From Yuukianura sp. NJ FZ-2021 (lineage: Eukaryota), in contig CM102285.1 in assembly GCA_046563655.1 (NCBI GenBank), positions 9,982,001 through 10,046,000 on the forward strand: 64,000 nucleotides of DNA. Direction: 5' to 3'. The position numbers and the translations under genes are program-made. The first letter of the stretch is position 1. Every line of letters starts with the position of its first letter. Below the pieces are notes generated by a model. It was not told the DNA's origin, searched no databases, and worked only from the letters and a program-made list of their open reading frames with translations. Shown piece by piece: positions 35,201 to 50,200 of this stretch.

Positions 35201-38200
35201 GGTATGGAGGACCAGAATTTTTTCGTTTTTAGAAACGTAATTTTGGCAAAGTTTCTTTAAGGTTTTCAATGTAACTGAAGAGAGAGAATAGGACGAGTGA
35301 AAGTTTCTAGTAAACTTTGCTAAAGTTTGTGCGTGTAGAAAGTTACTTTCGAGGTTTTTTTTTCTTCAGCTTTGATGATTTTTCTTTCTTCAAAGGTTTC
35401 TTGAGGTAAAAGAAATTAGAGCCGCCAAACTTTTCTTTCCTCTTGATTTAACACGGTGCCCTGAAATTTCTAAAACAAAAATACGTGTTTTAGGACATAA
35501 ATGGTATTTTGGCGTAGGATTTTGGTAGTGCCAGGTCGAGGTTGATTAATTATACTTTTTTGGGAATTCCGTGTACACAAGCGTTGTACGACACGGGAGA
35601 GTACGACACAACATGGATTTTGGAATTTGAAAAACCGTAGTTGTTTTGTTGAGATTAAAAAATGAAGCAGAGAAGTTGTAAAAGTTGTATTTTTTGAAGT
35701 TAATATTTATGGGATATTTCCTGACGTGCGTTGTTTTAAAATTACGAGGTTGTTGTTTTTGAAATTAATTACTTTTTGTTAATCAAGGCTTAATTGCAAC
35801 AAACATGCTTTCCCTTGATCACAATACCTCGCCGTTGCTCTTACTTTTAGTTTACATTTTTACATCTATGTGAGGTTGGTGAGGTCGTGAGCCACGGAAT
35901 TGTGTGTCCACTTGCGTTGCTCAAATGAGATTTGTTTGCTTGTTACGTTTGGCCAGTGGCATTTAGGAGAGAAAGTTCTTACGGTTAGGTTTTTCCGCTG
36001 TTTGTTTTTGGCCACTGCCTTGGATATAAAGTTGACTTTCTTGGACTTGGCTGCTCCCGAGGAGACATCCTGTTTCTCTGTTAGGTTAGCATTGGGAGGA
36101 TGTGAGAAAGTGATGTTGATACGATAAAGCTGACTGGAGGTCAAAGGACAATCTAACATAAGTCCACTGACCTCAAGGAAACTGCATGTTGTGCTGATGT
36201 GATGCTGTTGAAGTGTTGGAAGTCTAGTCGAGGTCATTGGGGAATTGGGATTGAGGAGAAAACGAGCAATGCATTTGAATCGAAGCGCTGAAAGAGCAGA
36301 ACCTCATTTGAAATCGAAAGTGAAAGCGGGAATTCAAAGAAACCAAAAATTTATACGAAAGGATTCTACTTGTGTTCCAAACTTTCAGCACAAGTTTTGG
36401 TTTTTCAATCATGGCAATGACGGAGCCCTTGATCTTTTTTCTTTGTCATTCTTTGAAATGTCAAAGGTCACTCCTATGTAAGGTTTAATATTTACCTTCA
36501 CTGATGCTATTTTTACAATTCTGAAGATGTGTATTGTTGCTGCTTTCTTTGAAGGAGAAAGTGAAATTCTACTGTGGGAGTAAGATGCCATAGTATCCAT
36601 ATCAGCGCTCGCCCACACTTCATCTTTAAGTCCTTATTAGATTTGAGTGGGCTTGTAGGAAAAAGAGCGGGAAAGTAATTGGTGGTGAAAGTTTGAAAAA
36701 TTGGGGCTACAGTGTTTATCACATTGTGATTCGTTAGACTAGACACATTAGAGTGATGACGAGGGCGTTGCCCGGACTGATCCCACTCTCTTCTGGGTCA
36801 TTTTCTGCGATTGCTTTTCACTTACTTTTGAAAATAGAAGTTTGATGTGGAAGGAGGTGGAACTATTTTTGGTTTTAGAAAGATAACTTTTCTTAAAATA
36901 AATTTTTGAACTAAAACGAGAATGAGTGACAAGCGTTGTCTCACTGGAGTTGTATTTTTTCCCCAAGTTGAAATGAAATTTAACTGTCTGCCTTCTCTTC
37001 CTGTGCCACTTCGTCCATTTAATCCTTCACTTTTCAAAAATTTAATTTCCCTTTCTCCGCCTCTGGCTTCTTCTTTTCTCTTGTAACATATAAAATGTGC
37101 AGCCGTTGTTCTTTTGTAGGCGGTTCTTATTCTAAGTTTCCGTCGATTCAATTTTTATTTCCAAAAGACTCATATATTTTTTGGAAAGAAGAAGATAGGA
37201 GCCAGAAGCCCTACTAAAAAGATTATGGGAAAGCACAAAGTCACACATTTGGAGAATTTTTTCTTTTCTTTCTTCCGTTACTTTTAGTAAAGAACGAATG
37301 CAAAGTACTTCCTCTGCGCTTTCTTTCCTCGTTTGCCTCTTTTTCTTTTGTGTGTGCGTTTTTTTCGTCTCCTTTGTGCTATTAGGTCGTGGGGAGGATG
37401 TATTTTATGGAGAATTGAAAAGAAAGCGTGCATGAGTAGCCTCATTGTGAGTAAGCGGCCTGGAATCCCATTGTCTTTTGGAAACATCAGCAGCAGCCTT
37501 GTGCCTTGAAAGATTTTCTTTTTAGGTTTAAGTTAGGAGAAAGTGAGGCATTAGAAAGTTAGACAAAAAAAGAAGAGGGGCAGGTAATGTTTGCTGAGAG
37601 TTGAAATCCAAAGGGATGGAAAAAGTATCTCATCTAATGAAATGATAGGCCTTCCTCTTGGAATGAACTTTTTCTTCTACTTTCGTTTTATTTCTAATAA
37701 TGGTTTCCTTCACTTCAACAAAAACCCGGGTTTCTATACACTCTATCTCAACTCCAATCACCACTGACCAAAATGGAGTAGCCTCCGATCAAAAACGATG
37801 ACCCGGAAAATGATATAGTTTTGCCCTATGGCTGTTGGAAAATTGTATTGGTTCATAAAGTAAGTTTTGACGAGGGTTGTGGAAAAATAGCTTAGGGTTT
37901 TGGGGGCTTTTTTTTACGAATCGGATTGGAGAAAGTTTCTTATTTTTTGTTTTAATTTTTTTGAAGAAAATTTGTGATCAAACTCCATTTGACGTAGGGA
38001 CTTAATTTTGAACCGATTTTTTTGTTAGAGGTTTTGTTTGATCCGTGATGCTTCTAATATTTCTTCTGTTGAGTTTTTCGTCTACAGTTGTAAAAGGAAA
38101 TTGGATGATTAGATTGAAATGGAAAAGGAGATTTGGGCAATTTGGGATACAAAGAGGTGGAAAAGACGGTGAAAGACGAACGGAAAGATATTTAGAGGGA

Positions 38201-41200
38201 AGAGAAGTTTTTGGGTTGACGAAGATTGAAGGGAAGTCGGCTCCAAGTCGACTTAGATAAAGTTGAAAGGAGAAAGTGTGAAAAGAACGTTGGTGGGAAT
38301 TCAGAGATTTGGTAAGGAATTGATGATTAAGTATTTGAAAGATGTGCTTTCCAATAAACTTTCTTTTCCCCATCACTTTCTTCTTGTACTTTTCTCTTCT
38401 CAAGCGAACTATTTGAATATTTCACTTTCCTTTGTTTTCTTTTTTCAAAGGAAATTTCGTGGCTTGCTTTCACTGCTTTACAAAAAGTAGAATGAGGTCG
38501 TTTTTGTGGAAAATGGAATTTGAAAGGAAGGGAAAACTGTATTGGAAAGTGTACTGGAGAATGATGAGATTAGTTTTAAAATTAATGCGTTCAGTTATGT
38601 TTGGATGTTCTGTATGTTGCTGGTCATGTGTCTCTGTTGAATCCAGGAGGACCATGACATTTAAGCCTACTGTACTGTCATTGTTCTCTCTTGAGTTTCA
38701 ATATCAAGATTGAGAGGAGTATGGTGGCTTAATGTCTTCGTTGTAATGAGCTTTAGGCTTTTGGAATCCACCAAAATGAGGAGATAATTCTTTTGGAAGA
38801 GACTAACCCACCAAAGAGCCCCGCCTAAAGTCTAACCTTCTGTGTAGTGCAAAAGGAATTTATAACTGTCACTTTTGGAGATGTGATAAAAATCAAATTT
38901 GGAGTAAATAGCCTTTTGATGTGATCTGATTACAATGGGAAGTGTGGGAATCTATGAAAACTAATTAGCAGCTCTATAACTTCAAAATGCCCGGGAAACT
39001 AACCTATGTTGAACCCATCGCTTTCCATTTCATACGTTGGTGGCATCGGAGTAAGGATTTTTAGCCTGTCGTGGATGATTTAAAGCTCAAATTCAAAAGT
39101 TTGGAGCCTCCTTTTTTGGCTGCACTACAGACGGCTTTTGAAGGTTATGTTAGGTTAGCCGATGCTACAGTTAAGTTAGGCTGTGCTGTTGCAGTATTGT
39201 GAGCGAAAGCTTTGAATCTTGCATGAACGCTACCTCAACCAAAAGAAAGCTCGACGTCGAGGCTCTTTTATTTGTTCCTTGTTATTTTGTCTCGTTAACT
39301 CTGTGGGTTGAAGGTGTAAAGGCGGATGAAAGCAAATAAAATGGCTCTGCGACTGGCTTTCACCAATTCTCTAGAGAGAACGTCACGTGGAATATGGTTC
39401 ACAGTTTTCTCTGCTCTGATTGTTTTTGATTTTTTTTAGGTTAGGTTAGCCGTGTAACTTTCTCTTTTTGGTAGGTAATAAAGTCTGACTTTCATGTAAA
39501 GGCTGTTAAGGTTCTGGACGGTCATTAGTGACTCTTTGACTTTGATATTTATTTGAGAAGCTATTTGTAACAGTCCATAAGGATTTTGAGCTAAAAGGTC
39601 CTAATGGCCTGCTCATGGATTCTTCTGTAGGAAATGTTCGTAAAATATAAGTTGGAGAAATTTGTGAATATGAGTTCCATTCCGGAACATTTACGATTTG
39701 GGGGAGAGCAATCAATAACAGAAGAGGAAACGGATTGGACTTGAATGGTTTCGGTTTGGTTAGACTTTTGCAAGTTTTAGAGTTTGTAGAAAGCAGTTTG
39801 GGCGAAAGTGGTGAACGTGTATGTCATTGTATAAATGCAAATTGGGGAGAGAGACAAGGAGCTGTGTTGTATGTGCTGGCAATTGCATCAGACTCCAAAC
39901 CCTGATTTATTTCTGTAGTCAAGTTGTCGACTGGAGGAGAAAGTCGCGTAGAAAGTGCTCGTGAGATGGGAGTAATAAATTCAATTTTGGCGGGTTGGTA
40001 CTTGAAAATTGGATGAATAGTAGTTGGCGGCGTGAGGATGTTATCATTAGGTTGGGTGGTACTGCCAGTTACATTCATGGTTAGGTTATGCATGGTAAAG
40101 AGACTGGACGATTTGGGGGAAATTGAGTAAAGGTCATTGACCTTTTGTAGTTTACTTTCTCTTACTAGAAGATTCTTAACATTTTTAGACTGATTTTTTT
40201 TTGAAATGATGGAGTGTGAATAGATTATCTAAGGTAGTGATCAGTATGTTAGTGTCAGGATTTTTTTGGAAGTGGATTGACATTCCATCGGAGAGTGCTT
40301 TCATGTAGCGTTTTTGGGTGTTGGTTCTCTTTTTATAGTAAGTAAATAGTGCAGAGTTCGTGATTGACGAGATGGGTGTGAAAAGGGGTTGGTGTATTTT
40401 GTGTAGTTGTAGTAGGAATTGTCACGACATGGGAGATTTTGGATTTTTTCGAACGATTTTTCCAGTGTTTTTGCTCTAAGGAGAAATTGACGAGAAATTA
40501 ATTGCCGCTAGACTTGCTTTCACTTTTGTAATTCCAAAGTTATTGCGTTTCTGCAGTGCAGTTGAAGGAAATCAGGAGTTATTATTCATTTAATTCAAAA
40601 TTTAATTTAATCAATTTTTTTTTATTGAGCTTGACTTCAGTTTGAGTGCGTACGGGAATAGTGAATTATGAAAGACTGTAGAATGGAGGCTGAGATTTTA
40701 ATCCTTTTCTGCTTCTTGAACTTCTGGCTCAAAGAGAAAGCGGGTGAAAAGTTCTAAGACGTAGGGCATCTGCATAGAAATAAGCTGAGTAAGATTTTTA
40801 GTTATTTTCGTGGAGACGGGAAAGTACTATTTTCCTATGGAAGAAGAATATAAAATAAAAGTAATCGCCTTATCACAGTCAGCTCTCTTTAGTTTTATGC
40901 TTCACCAATTGAGAAAGGCAGAAAACTCTGGTGGCGGCGGTAGTAAATAGGCGAAATAATGCTGACGGGCAAAAAGTGAAGGTTGGAAAGAAATTTCCAA
41001 AAGAGAAAGGAAAAATCGGATTTGGGAACAGTTTTTCTCTGGCACGGAAAAAGTTAGGCGCTGCTTTCTCTACTTTTCGTAGGTTTGCATATACAGGAGG
41101 CTTGAAAATTAAAGGAGTCTTATGGTTTATGGGAGCAATTGCTTTTATGGAGAGATAGCTTCGGGACTTGTTCTTTTCGGAAGGAACCTTATTATTAGTT

Positions 41201-44200
41201 TGAGACCTGTTTGAAATGGCGCTAGGAGAATACGTTCCCTGTCTAACGCTTTTTCCGTGCTCAGCGAGGCGTTTTTGAATAAAGCTTTTCAAAGGGTATC
41301 CTGCGAAGAGAGTAAAAAAGATGAGCTTTATTTTTAAACTAAAAAGACATTGGTTTAATTAGCCTGGAGAAATTCCCAAATGAGCTTTGAGAGTCTAAAG
41401 TACTTTCTCTTACCTTAAAAGTAATAACCGGTGGAATGAAGCCTCTTCTGTGCCCTGGGAACGTACAGACTGTTGTGTCGACGCTGTTGAGTGGCGCTTC
41501 TCGAAGCCCTTCTGGATAGAGATTCTTTTGAAGAGGGGCGTGTTGTTAGTTATGCGTTATTTGCGTGGAGCTGGGGAAGCGTGGAGGCGCGTGTCGTGGG
41601 GTCGTTGGTTAGAGTAGGAAGAAAGTTAGGGTGAGAACCTAACCTAAAGGTCAGAATTACATTTGAAGTTGAGATTATGGCGTGGCATTTGGAGAAGAAA
41701 GCTGAGTGAAGTGGAAATTGGAAAAAGGAATTTTGGGCCATGTGCTTGATGGTGGAGAGACTGAAGTGGGATTGACGTGGGGCTGGTGGTGTTAGGCGTA
41801 TTATGTTGTCCCACCAAGCTACTGCTGCCAAAAGAACCTAACCTATGTCTCGTTTCTGAGTTAAGTTTTCCCTACAGTGAAAGTCCTACACTTTGAGTTA
41901 TTACTTTTGACGTTACAATGGAGAAAGGAGAGAATAGGGTCCAGGACGTGATGGGAAGGCATGCTCAAAGGTCATATTGTGTCTATGGATTTGAACTTTC
42001 TCTTTTTTCTTGCTTTGTGGAACTCTATTTTTTGTGTAGATACAAAGGTAGTACGGCTTTCTCCCCCTTGGCGCTGGGCAGTTTTAGAAGTTCCTTGGGT
42101 GCTTTTAGTTGACTTGATGGATATGTACAATCCTATAAGGTTCTCACGAGTCAACAACCAGAAAAATAGGTGGTTGAAATGAGGAGGTAATTCATTTTGA
42201 CAGGCTTTGTGGAGAGTAATATTTAAAGTTGCTTTTGGCTTACTTGTTTAGTTGGTTTTTCTTGTTTTCCGAGTAGGAAGTGAAGGGATTTAAAGTGAAT
42301 TTGAAGCGATGACAGGGTGCAGAGTGATGGTAAATTTAAATGCCAACTACAGCTGGTTGAAGGGGACCAAATACGTAGTAAAAGAAATTTGGCCCGGTTT
42401 CAGCCAGCTAGAGCTGTAAGGCATTTATATTCTATTCGGAGTATTCACAGACTTCTTCCCTGCTTCTTCTTCTTTTCGTAACATCCGAATCCCATTTAAA
42501 TCCTTGGAGGGATTTTGTGCTGCTAGAGGAAACTAAGTTGGCGGCGTCCACTGTTGAAAATAGCTGGTGAAAGTAGGTTCCTGGAATTGCAAAAGTTATG
42601 GCTCCAGGTTCTCGAGTGTTCCTAGGTCTTGAGAGTTAGTAGGATTTATCGGTTCGAACTGTAATTAAACTTGTTTTGAGAACTGGCACTATGTACTTCG
42701 TTTTTTATGTTTTCTTGACATTTGACTTTCACTTCCGTTCAATTCCAAATCAGAAAACTGTAAGCACGGGATTGGTTAGGAAATGGATTTGAGCGGTAGA
42801 GTTGTTGGTTTCAACTGGGGTCGCTAAGGTCATTGGACTAGACCTAACGCAAGGAGAAAGAACAGCCATTTGGAACAACTAGAGTTACTTGGACTGACTT
42901 TTGTGGAGGGAGAAAGCTATCACTATCATGTTTCCTCGACTAAAGTGCGGGAGAAAGTGAACCACTACTGAGGAAAGGACCGAGTCCATGGAAAATGGAA
43001 TCTTCTTCTGCTTCTGGTCCGCTTTCTACAGAACTTTTTCTGTTTGTGTCTTATTTGGATGTAATCTGATAGGCCGAGGAAACCACAGGAAACAGCTCCT
43101 CTCTGTTTCTGCCTTGGCAATAGTCGAAGTCAATGCCAAAATGGAAAATAATAACTTTCTCCTACTTTCTCTAATTAAGGTCTAGTCTTCATAGTCACAA
43201 TTGGGCGCAATAGGCTAGTTTAAGGTTACATTGGGATATTAGCATTGCTCTGAAGTTTCTATGTAGAAGTATTAGTTTACAAAAGTAGATTGACTGATAC
43301 ATAACTTATGGCTCATAGAACAAAAAATGAAGAGAGGTGGATGCTATCGCGATGGCAGGGAATGAGGGAAAGTGGAGAATTTGCGGAAGAAAAATATGTG
43401 TGAGGGCAGAGAAATTTCATCTTAATTTTAGTTTGTTCTGACATGAGTCCCAAGGCGACTGAAAGGAGCTTTTTCTTCCTTATCGTGATGGGAGAAGGGA
43501 ACTGACGGGAAATTACCTTCAAAGGAAAATCTGTTACTGGAGCAAAGTCTAGTAATTTGTGAATGGTTTTCTTTTAAGCCAAAAGAGAAAGGCGTTTGTT
43601 GATTTACGAGTTTGATTTGGGCAAGAATAGGAGAAAAGTATTAAACTGTCTGTCTAAAATGGGATTCCTTTCTTCTTCTACTTCTCTTTCGCTTGGGGAA
43701 AGTGAGTGGTGATGTAATTTCAAAGGATTACTGACCAAGGCATTTGGGTTTGGTTCAAATTGGAACCAAACTCATGCAATCTATCTATTAACTACTCTTG
43801 ACCAAAAAATGTTCGTGGTGGACCACACTGAAAACATTTGAGTAAATAGGAAATCATTTGAGCTGTGTTTCGTTAGATTTAGGCAATTTGCAACTTTGTG
43901 GAAACGAGATTTTTTAAGGTGGAATGAAAATTGAAATGAGTTAAAAGATTAACTTTTTCTAAAAGAGAGATTCACGTAAATGGATGGGTAAAAAGTAGCG
44001 AAAGTAACTTGATTTAATAATCGTTTTAACTAATATAGTAATTTAGGCTTGGAATTTTGTAAGGATGTAGATTAGGTTTGCTAGCAATGTTGAGGGTGTT
44101 TTTCTAGTAGTAAAATTGAATATCCAATTAGTTCTTTTTCTCTGTGAAGCTTTTTATCTGTATAATTCAAACCCTTTCTAATTGAAAGTGTGTAATTTAA

Positions 44201-47200
44201 ATGGAGGAAAGTGGAGTCTGTGGGATTTGAACTCGTTTGTTACTATAGTGCTCTGCGGGCTGTTGGAATTTGCAAGTAGAAAGGTAATAGTAGTGATGTA
44301 GGAGCAACATTACCCATTCTTTTTGTGTGTTTGGGGAAAGTGAGGTTTGTAAATAAATTAGAAGAGTTGGGGGCGCTTATTATTTAGGAGGAAGTGGAAG
44401 GAGGTAGAGCATGGGCTGAAGGCGGAAGTCAACGTGCAATTTTAGGAGCGGGAAACGCTGGGAATGGACTAAAGTGAGTCAGACAGGAAGTTTATCATAT
44501 TTGGAAGATGCAAAAGAGGAATGGATTACTCATTTGTTTAAAAACTGCGGTAGAGAAAAGGTAGTTGTTTTAAAAATTACATAGTTTGTTGCGTGTGAGT
44601 AATTAATAAGGTTATTAATTGAGTAGAGAATTAAGATAATGGCTGACCTTAGAGTGACGACGCTCCAGACGCTCGTTGGAGAAATTAAAGTGATGATGGG
44701 ATTGCTGTTTTGAGTGATGAAGAGCTAAAGGGGAAAGCAGGAAATGACGAACAAGGAGAGAAAGTTGGCGTGGAAAAGTTAATTTAGTGAAGTCGTATCC
44801 ACTAAGTAAAATGGAATGAATTTGGTGAAAGTAAGGATTGTGACAGGAAGACTTTAACAATGGTAACCTTTAAAAAAGTGAAAAATCTGTCTGTGTGTGT
44901 GTGTCTGTTTCTCCACCAACTTCCCTTTTCTTTCATTGAGGAAAGACTTTCACCCAGAAGACTTGTCTATTCGGGGCGGAAGATTTCTCCAGCTTTCTCT
45001 ATTGATTTTCCTTTTGGAACAGCCCACCCACTGCCTCCTGGTAACTAGGAAGCCACCAGCCGCTTCCCTACTACCCTTAGGTTACGTTATGCCACAGCAT
45101 TTGGTTCTCAGTGTCTATGTATTGCGTAACTACAAGGCTCCTCTTCTTTCCTTATCTCACTCCAACCATGAACAACTTGGAAGAGACTTGAGACTTTAGG
45201 CCATCCCCATAATCGTTCCAAGAGAAATATTGTCCACTACTTCAAAAATCCCTTGGCACTTATCAGATTAGGAACAAAAACTATTCTCCTTCCGTATAAT
45301 TAACTTTTGACTGGAACAAGAGAGGAGGAGGAGAAAGTTGAGGCCTTTCTCTAAACTTGAATTGTAAAGTTTTGAAGTTTATTTTTAAGTAGGGAGATAC
45401 TATATTTTTTGAGTTACACTGTAAAGTTTTAGTGTAAGAAACAAGTTTTTTGAAAGGAATCGATAAAATTTTTGCCTCGAGGAATCATCTTTCTCCTTTC
45501 GCTTTCTCTTTCCTACTGCTGGATTCTAAAGGATATCGGAAGACGACTAAGTTTTAGTGGTAGTTGGTATGCTTCCAAGTCTGAAAAGGAAAAGTAGGAA
45601 TTGGGAGGCTGATTGTTCATTCAACTCTCGTTTTCTCCACTACTTTCTCCTCCTTTTACTTTGGACAAACTTTCGATCGGAAAAGGGAGGATGCTCCTAC
45701 GTTCCTAGTTCGTGGGTTATCGACTAAGGTTTTGAAAACGAAAAACGAAAAAAAAAGTTTGTGAACTTTGACTATAAATTCTGGATGGCCTCTTGTGTTT
45801 CCTCTCGCCCTGGCCTTTTGGAAAGGATCCGAGACAACTACATGTCAGTCAAGTTTAAATCAACTTTGTTTTGACGAGAGAAAAGTGTAAGTATACGTGC
45901 TTAAACATTCTCAAATTGAACGTTACACTTGGAAGCTTGAATTTGAAGAAGGTGTAGGATATCCTGTAGGAAAATGGTGTGCGTTAAGGAGCTGCTTGAG
46001 GCAGTACGGTCCGTTGCTTGATTTGGAAATAGAGAAAGTGGAGGAGACACTGTAGGCAGTATGGTTGAGAGGATACGAAGAAAGTGATACGGAAGAGAAG
46101 ATGATGGCAGGAAGGGAGACGTTACTAGTAGCAGCAAAGGAGTGGATAAGTTCCAGGTATTTTTTGGAGGGAAAAGAAACGTTATTTTGAATCCATTTGA
46201 AACCACCATATTTTACATTATTCCGCCCGCCTTCCTTCCTATTTTATAACTTTCTCTTTCCCTCTTCTTCCCTTTCACATTTCTTCCTTGTGTTAAATTA
46301 TCCTGAATCATTGCGTCATTTTTTGAAACTTTGAGAGTTTTTAAGTTTGGAGCCTTCAGCTAAGGATAGTAGGAAGGAGATGGTGCCTTATAATACATTT
46401 AACGACATCAGAGAGATATCTCTTGGTGTTTTTGTAACAAAAACATGAAGAGGCAGAAGGCGCGCATATACTTTATGAGATGAGAAACTTTTTTTTACAG
46501 GAAAGTTTGAAATGGAAACTCCTTTCTTTCTTTTTGCAGAGTAAACCTTGTCTTGTCGGATAATCTAACTGAATTTTCTGGATTTTTTTTTCTATTCTAC
46601 TGCAAGCGTTACTTTCCTGTCACTGACTGGTTGGAGTAAGAGAGAGTAGAAAAAGTGAAAGTTTCCGCTTGTTTTTCTTACATTTAACTTTTTTCTCCTT
46701 CTGTTTTCTTTCTAGCGGGAGAAAGTAAGTTGTGAAAAGAGCTGGACGTAACGGATGGGTTTCTAGACGAGAGTTTATTGGCAGTGAAACATTAGCACCA
46801 TGAGCTGTTGTAATATGCCCCTCTGTCTAGAGGTCTTTCAAAACCATTTTTCCTTTAACCTCATTCACTCTCTGTTTATTAAAGCCAAGAAAGATGCAAA
46901 AATATATTTTGGGAACGTTTCCTTTCGAGTTGTGCCAATTTGAAGTTATTTATAACTTGAATAAGGATTGAGTTACGAATTTTTGCTAGAGAGACTTTTA
47001 AAGGAACTTTTGAAGAATGAGGTTTTGGAAAATTGGAAATTATAATGGAGAATCTGATTTAATTTTGGTAAAAGGAATTAGAAAGTTATTAACTAAAAAA
47101 AACTGGTTTTCTGGGAGGTGTTTTTTAGGTTAGGGAAAAGAGAACAATGGAAACTGACTTGGCGGAAATGTTATTGAGTAAAAGTCAGGATTTGACATTT

Positions 47201-50200
47201 TCTAATTCCTTTGGCACTTATTCTAATGACCTCCCATCGGAGTTACTAATAACTCCTCTCCCGAGACTTTTGACTTGGTACTGCTGGGTACTGACTAGGT
47301 AAACAAAAGGAGAAAAGTTCAGCTCTGACAAAGCTTTTAGCTGAGGTTTACAGAAAAATAACACTTTCGATTGACTGATTACTGAGAGAGCGGGTTTAAT
47401 TATGCTTTTCAAAATTTCCTCTGACAAGGATTTCCTGCTCAAACTTAATGCGATAATAGAACCCTAACTTTAATTTTTACTTAAACGTGCTACTTCAACT
47501 TACGTAAAGTTGTACGGCAAGATAAAAGTGCGTTTTTTATTTCCATTTTTAGTTACTGAGACAATTGCGTGTGCCTCTTGTGAGTGTGTAGTAATTAAGT
47601 TAGGTTGATTGAGGAGGTTTGAGCATATGGAAGGAGGTTTATGAAGGAAAAGAGAAAGTGGTCTTTAAGGTTAGGTTTTAGTTAGGTTTCTGTTATGTAA
47701 GGAGAAAGTTGAGGTTATATGGGAATGTTGCATGGAGTAAAGCCCCTGGAAAGTACATTTTTATGATTGGATAAAAGGGAATCGTGCGTTCTCAATAAAA
47801 CAAGTTATTAGTTTCCCTTCATTGAGTTCTGCGTCCTTTCTCTGGTCTCTCCGTCGTTTCAGCGGGAATCGGTAGTAAAAATACGAGGGAGAGGCGTATT
47901 AGATTTGAATTGATTACACGTTTGTGGACTCTAAGTTGAATAGGGCTTCTCTTGGCTCCAGCAGTTGTGTCCAGCGATGGTCCTTTGGAACAGTAAATAA
48001 ATGTTTTATGAAGGAAACAAACCTATTGTGTGGTGACGATGGAACGACTTCGGTGTAGAGCAGTCTGGGTGATGTTGATGTTGGTTCACTGTGCTTGGAC
48101 GTCTTTTAGAACCCACATATGATCACTTTCACCACTTTCTCTTTTGTGGTTTGTTCGATTCGTGGACCAGAGTCGTGATGTCTAACCTCTGATCTGCTAT
48201 TTCCTGAATTCTGACTAATAGAAGGCCCTGGAAACACTGGTTAGGCTTTAAAGGAAATGGAGTTTACACGACAGAGGCAAATGGATTTCAATTGTGAGTT
48301 ATACAGAAATGAATTTTGCGAAAAGGAACAGTAGTTGAGAAGCATACGGAAGGGAAAGCTATTTTTAGCAACGTGTCCTAGTCTCTGCCTCAGAATGAAA
48401 TGTTTGTGCGGAAAACTGGGGAGGTTTTAGAGGAAGTTTTTGCGGCAGTGACTCTAGATTCGGCTCGAGTCGGCTTTTCTCTTGAGCAAGTCGGAAGTTT
48501 GGGCTGAAAAGAAAGCGAAATTCGCATCGTGCCTGTTTAGAACTACCCAAAGACTCCTACAGTTTTCTGGCGCATGGTCTGTCTTACTTTAGTCCCGTCG
48601 AGACTAAAGTGCCAAGGCAAGCAGTCGCTAGAAACTTGTAGTCGACGACTTTCTCCAGCCAGATGCTAATAATTCCAGATTTTCCATTTATTCTTTGAAC
48701 AGGGTCTCTCCATAACTTTCTCTCTACAGTCTGGAACAACCATTTTTGTTCTTGATTCTTATCCAAAGGGAGTAGAGTTTGATTAAAAGGAGTATTGACG
48801 AGGAAGGTGAAGGAGAAGTGTGGTAGTTCTTTCATTTGATAAATTAAAGTCAAAATGAGATTTTTGATGGCTAAGAATAGACTACGGAAATTAGTTGCTT
48901 TCAGAAGAGAAACTCTACTAATGTCAGGAAATTACCGTGGGGTATTATTAATTGATTCGAATCTGATGGAGGGGGATGGTCACTAGTTGACTTTTTACCG
49001 TTGAACTCTTGGTTTTTGATCTTGTTACTATGTTAGTTTTGTGCAACGTATTGCGTAAATAGTGCACAAGTAAGGATTTTGGCGCGAGTTTTGTAGTATC
49101 CAGTTTCTGCTTAAAAGTAATTTTCGCTTTTGTATTCCAGTGACCCGGAGAAAGCTGTTTTTCCGGAAGGACAGTAAAGATTAATTGTAACTTGATTGTA
49201 TTTCGTACGTCAGCAGAAAGTCCATGGGGACAGAAGTTCCCATTTATGTCACCGTTTTTTTTATGAAAATGGAAGAGGAGAATTTTAAAGAGCGCGGGTA
49301 GAATAACAGACAAAAATGGCGCGAACGGATGCTGAATTTTAATGTTTGTATTATTTGTGGATGTACTTTCCCTTGAGGGCTATGGAATTGGAAAGCAGAA
49401 ATGATTTCTGTTCAAACCTTAACTCTCAAACAGATATTAATTGGGTAGTGGGAAAGAGGACTGTTTGCGTTGGAGTGATCCTTAAAAGTAATTTTCTGTG
49501 TAGAAGCGTTCAGATGACTAGGTTATGTTAGGAACCTAAGTTAGAAAGACCATGACCAGGAGACTTCCCACTTGTTAAGGTGAACTCATGATGAAAATCC
49601 AGCCACTGAGTAAACAGGTTGAGTCAAATGGACTTCTTGTGTACAGTGAGATTCAGAAGTGGAGAGTGAAAGTCGTTGAATCTAAAGACTTTTTATGTTC
49701 TGTTCAAATAGGGCAGAAAGAAGGCCCTTCGAAGCTTCATTTCTCCTCATCAGCGTTAGGTTGAATGACTTTGAAGGGGAGTTTAAATACGTGAAACCAA
49801 GAACTTTTTAAGCGAGAAAAAAATTCTTTAAATTCTGGCTCCATTTTCTTGAAGAAAAAAAATTAGGAAGTCGTTTCTTTTATGAGAGAAAGTGAGAAAG
49901 TCTTCCTCCCATTAATCATGCCTCATGACGGCTGATATTAGAATTTCTGAAAGGTAGAGGATTTTAAAAAAATAAGAAAGAAAAGGAATTAGTCATGGAG
50001 AAAGTCATAAGTCTACCAGTTCTGCCTCTGTCTTTTGCATTCTTGCCTATTTTCAGTAAGCGAACCAGCTTGCCATGGACCTGTCACTCCTCTTGTGTGC
50101 TTCGTTTGTTTCTTTTGTTTTATTTGCACTTTTAGTTTTTTAGAACTCGCGGAGGTTAAAAAGTTTTCGAATGGAAAAAACGTCAAGGTGAAAGTTTTCT

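Noticed and set aside
44218..44260. GTGGGATTTGAACTC, the reverse complement of a tRNA T-arm
   Set aside because: Only ~15 nt match and the rest does not fold. At most it is a decayed SINE/tRNA fragment.
46075..46130. GAAGATGATGGC as a possible next mib1 exon (..DDG..)
   Set aside because: There is an in-frame stop just upstream, and the flanking residues do not match the ankyrin continuation.
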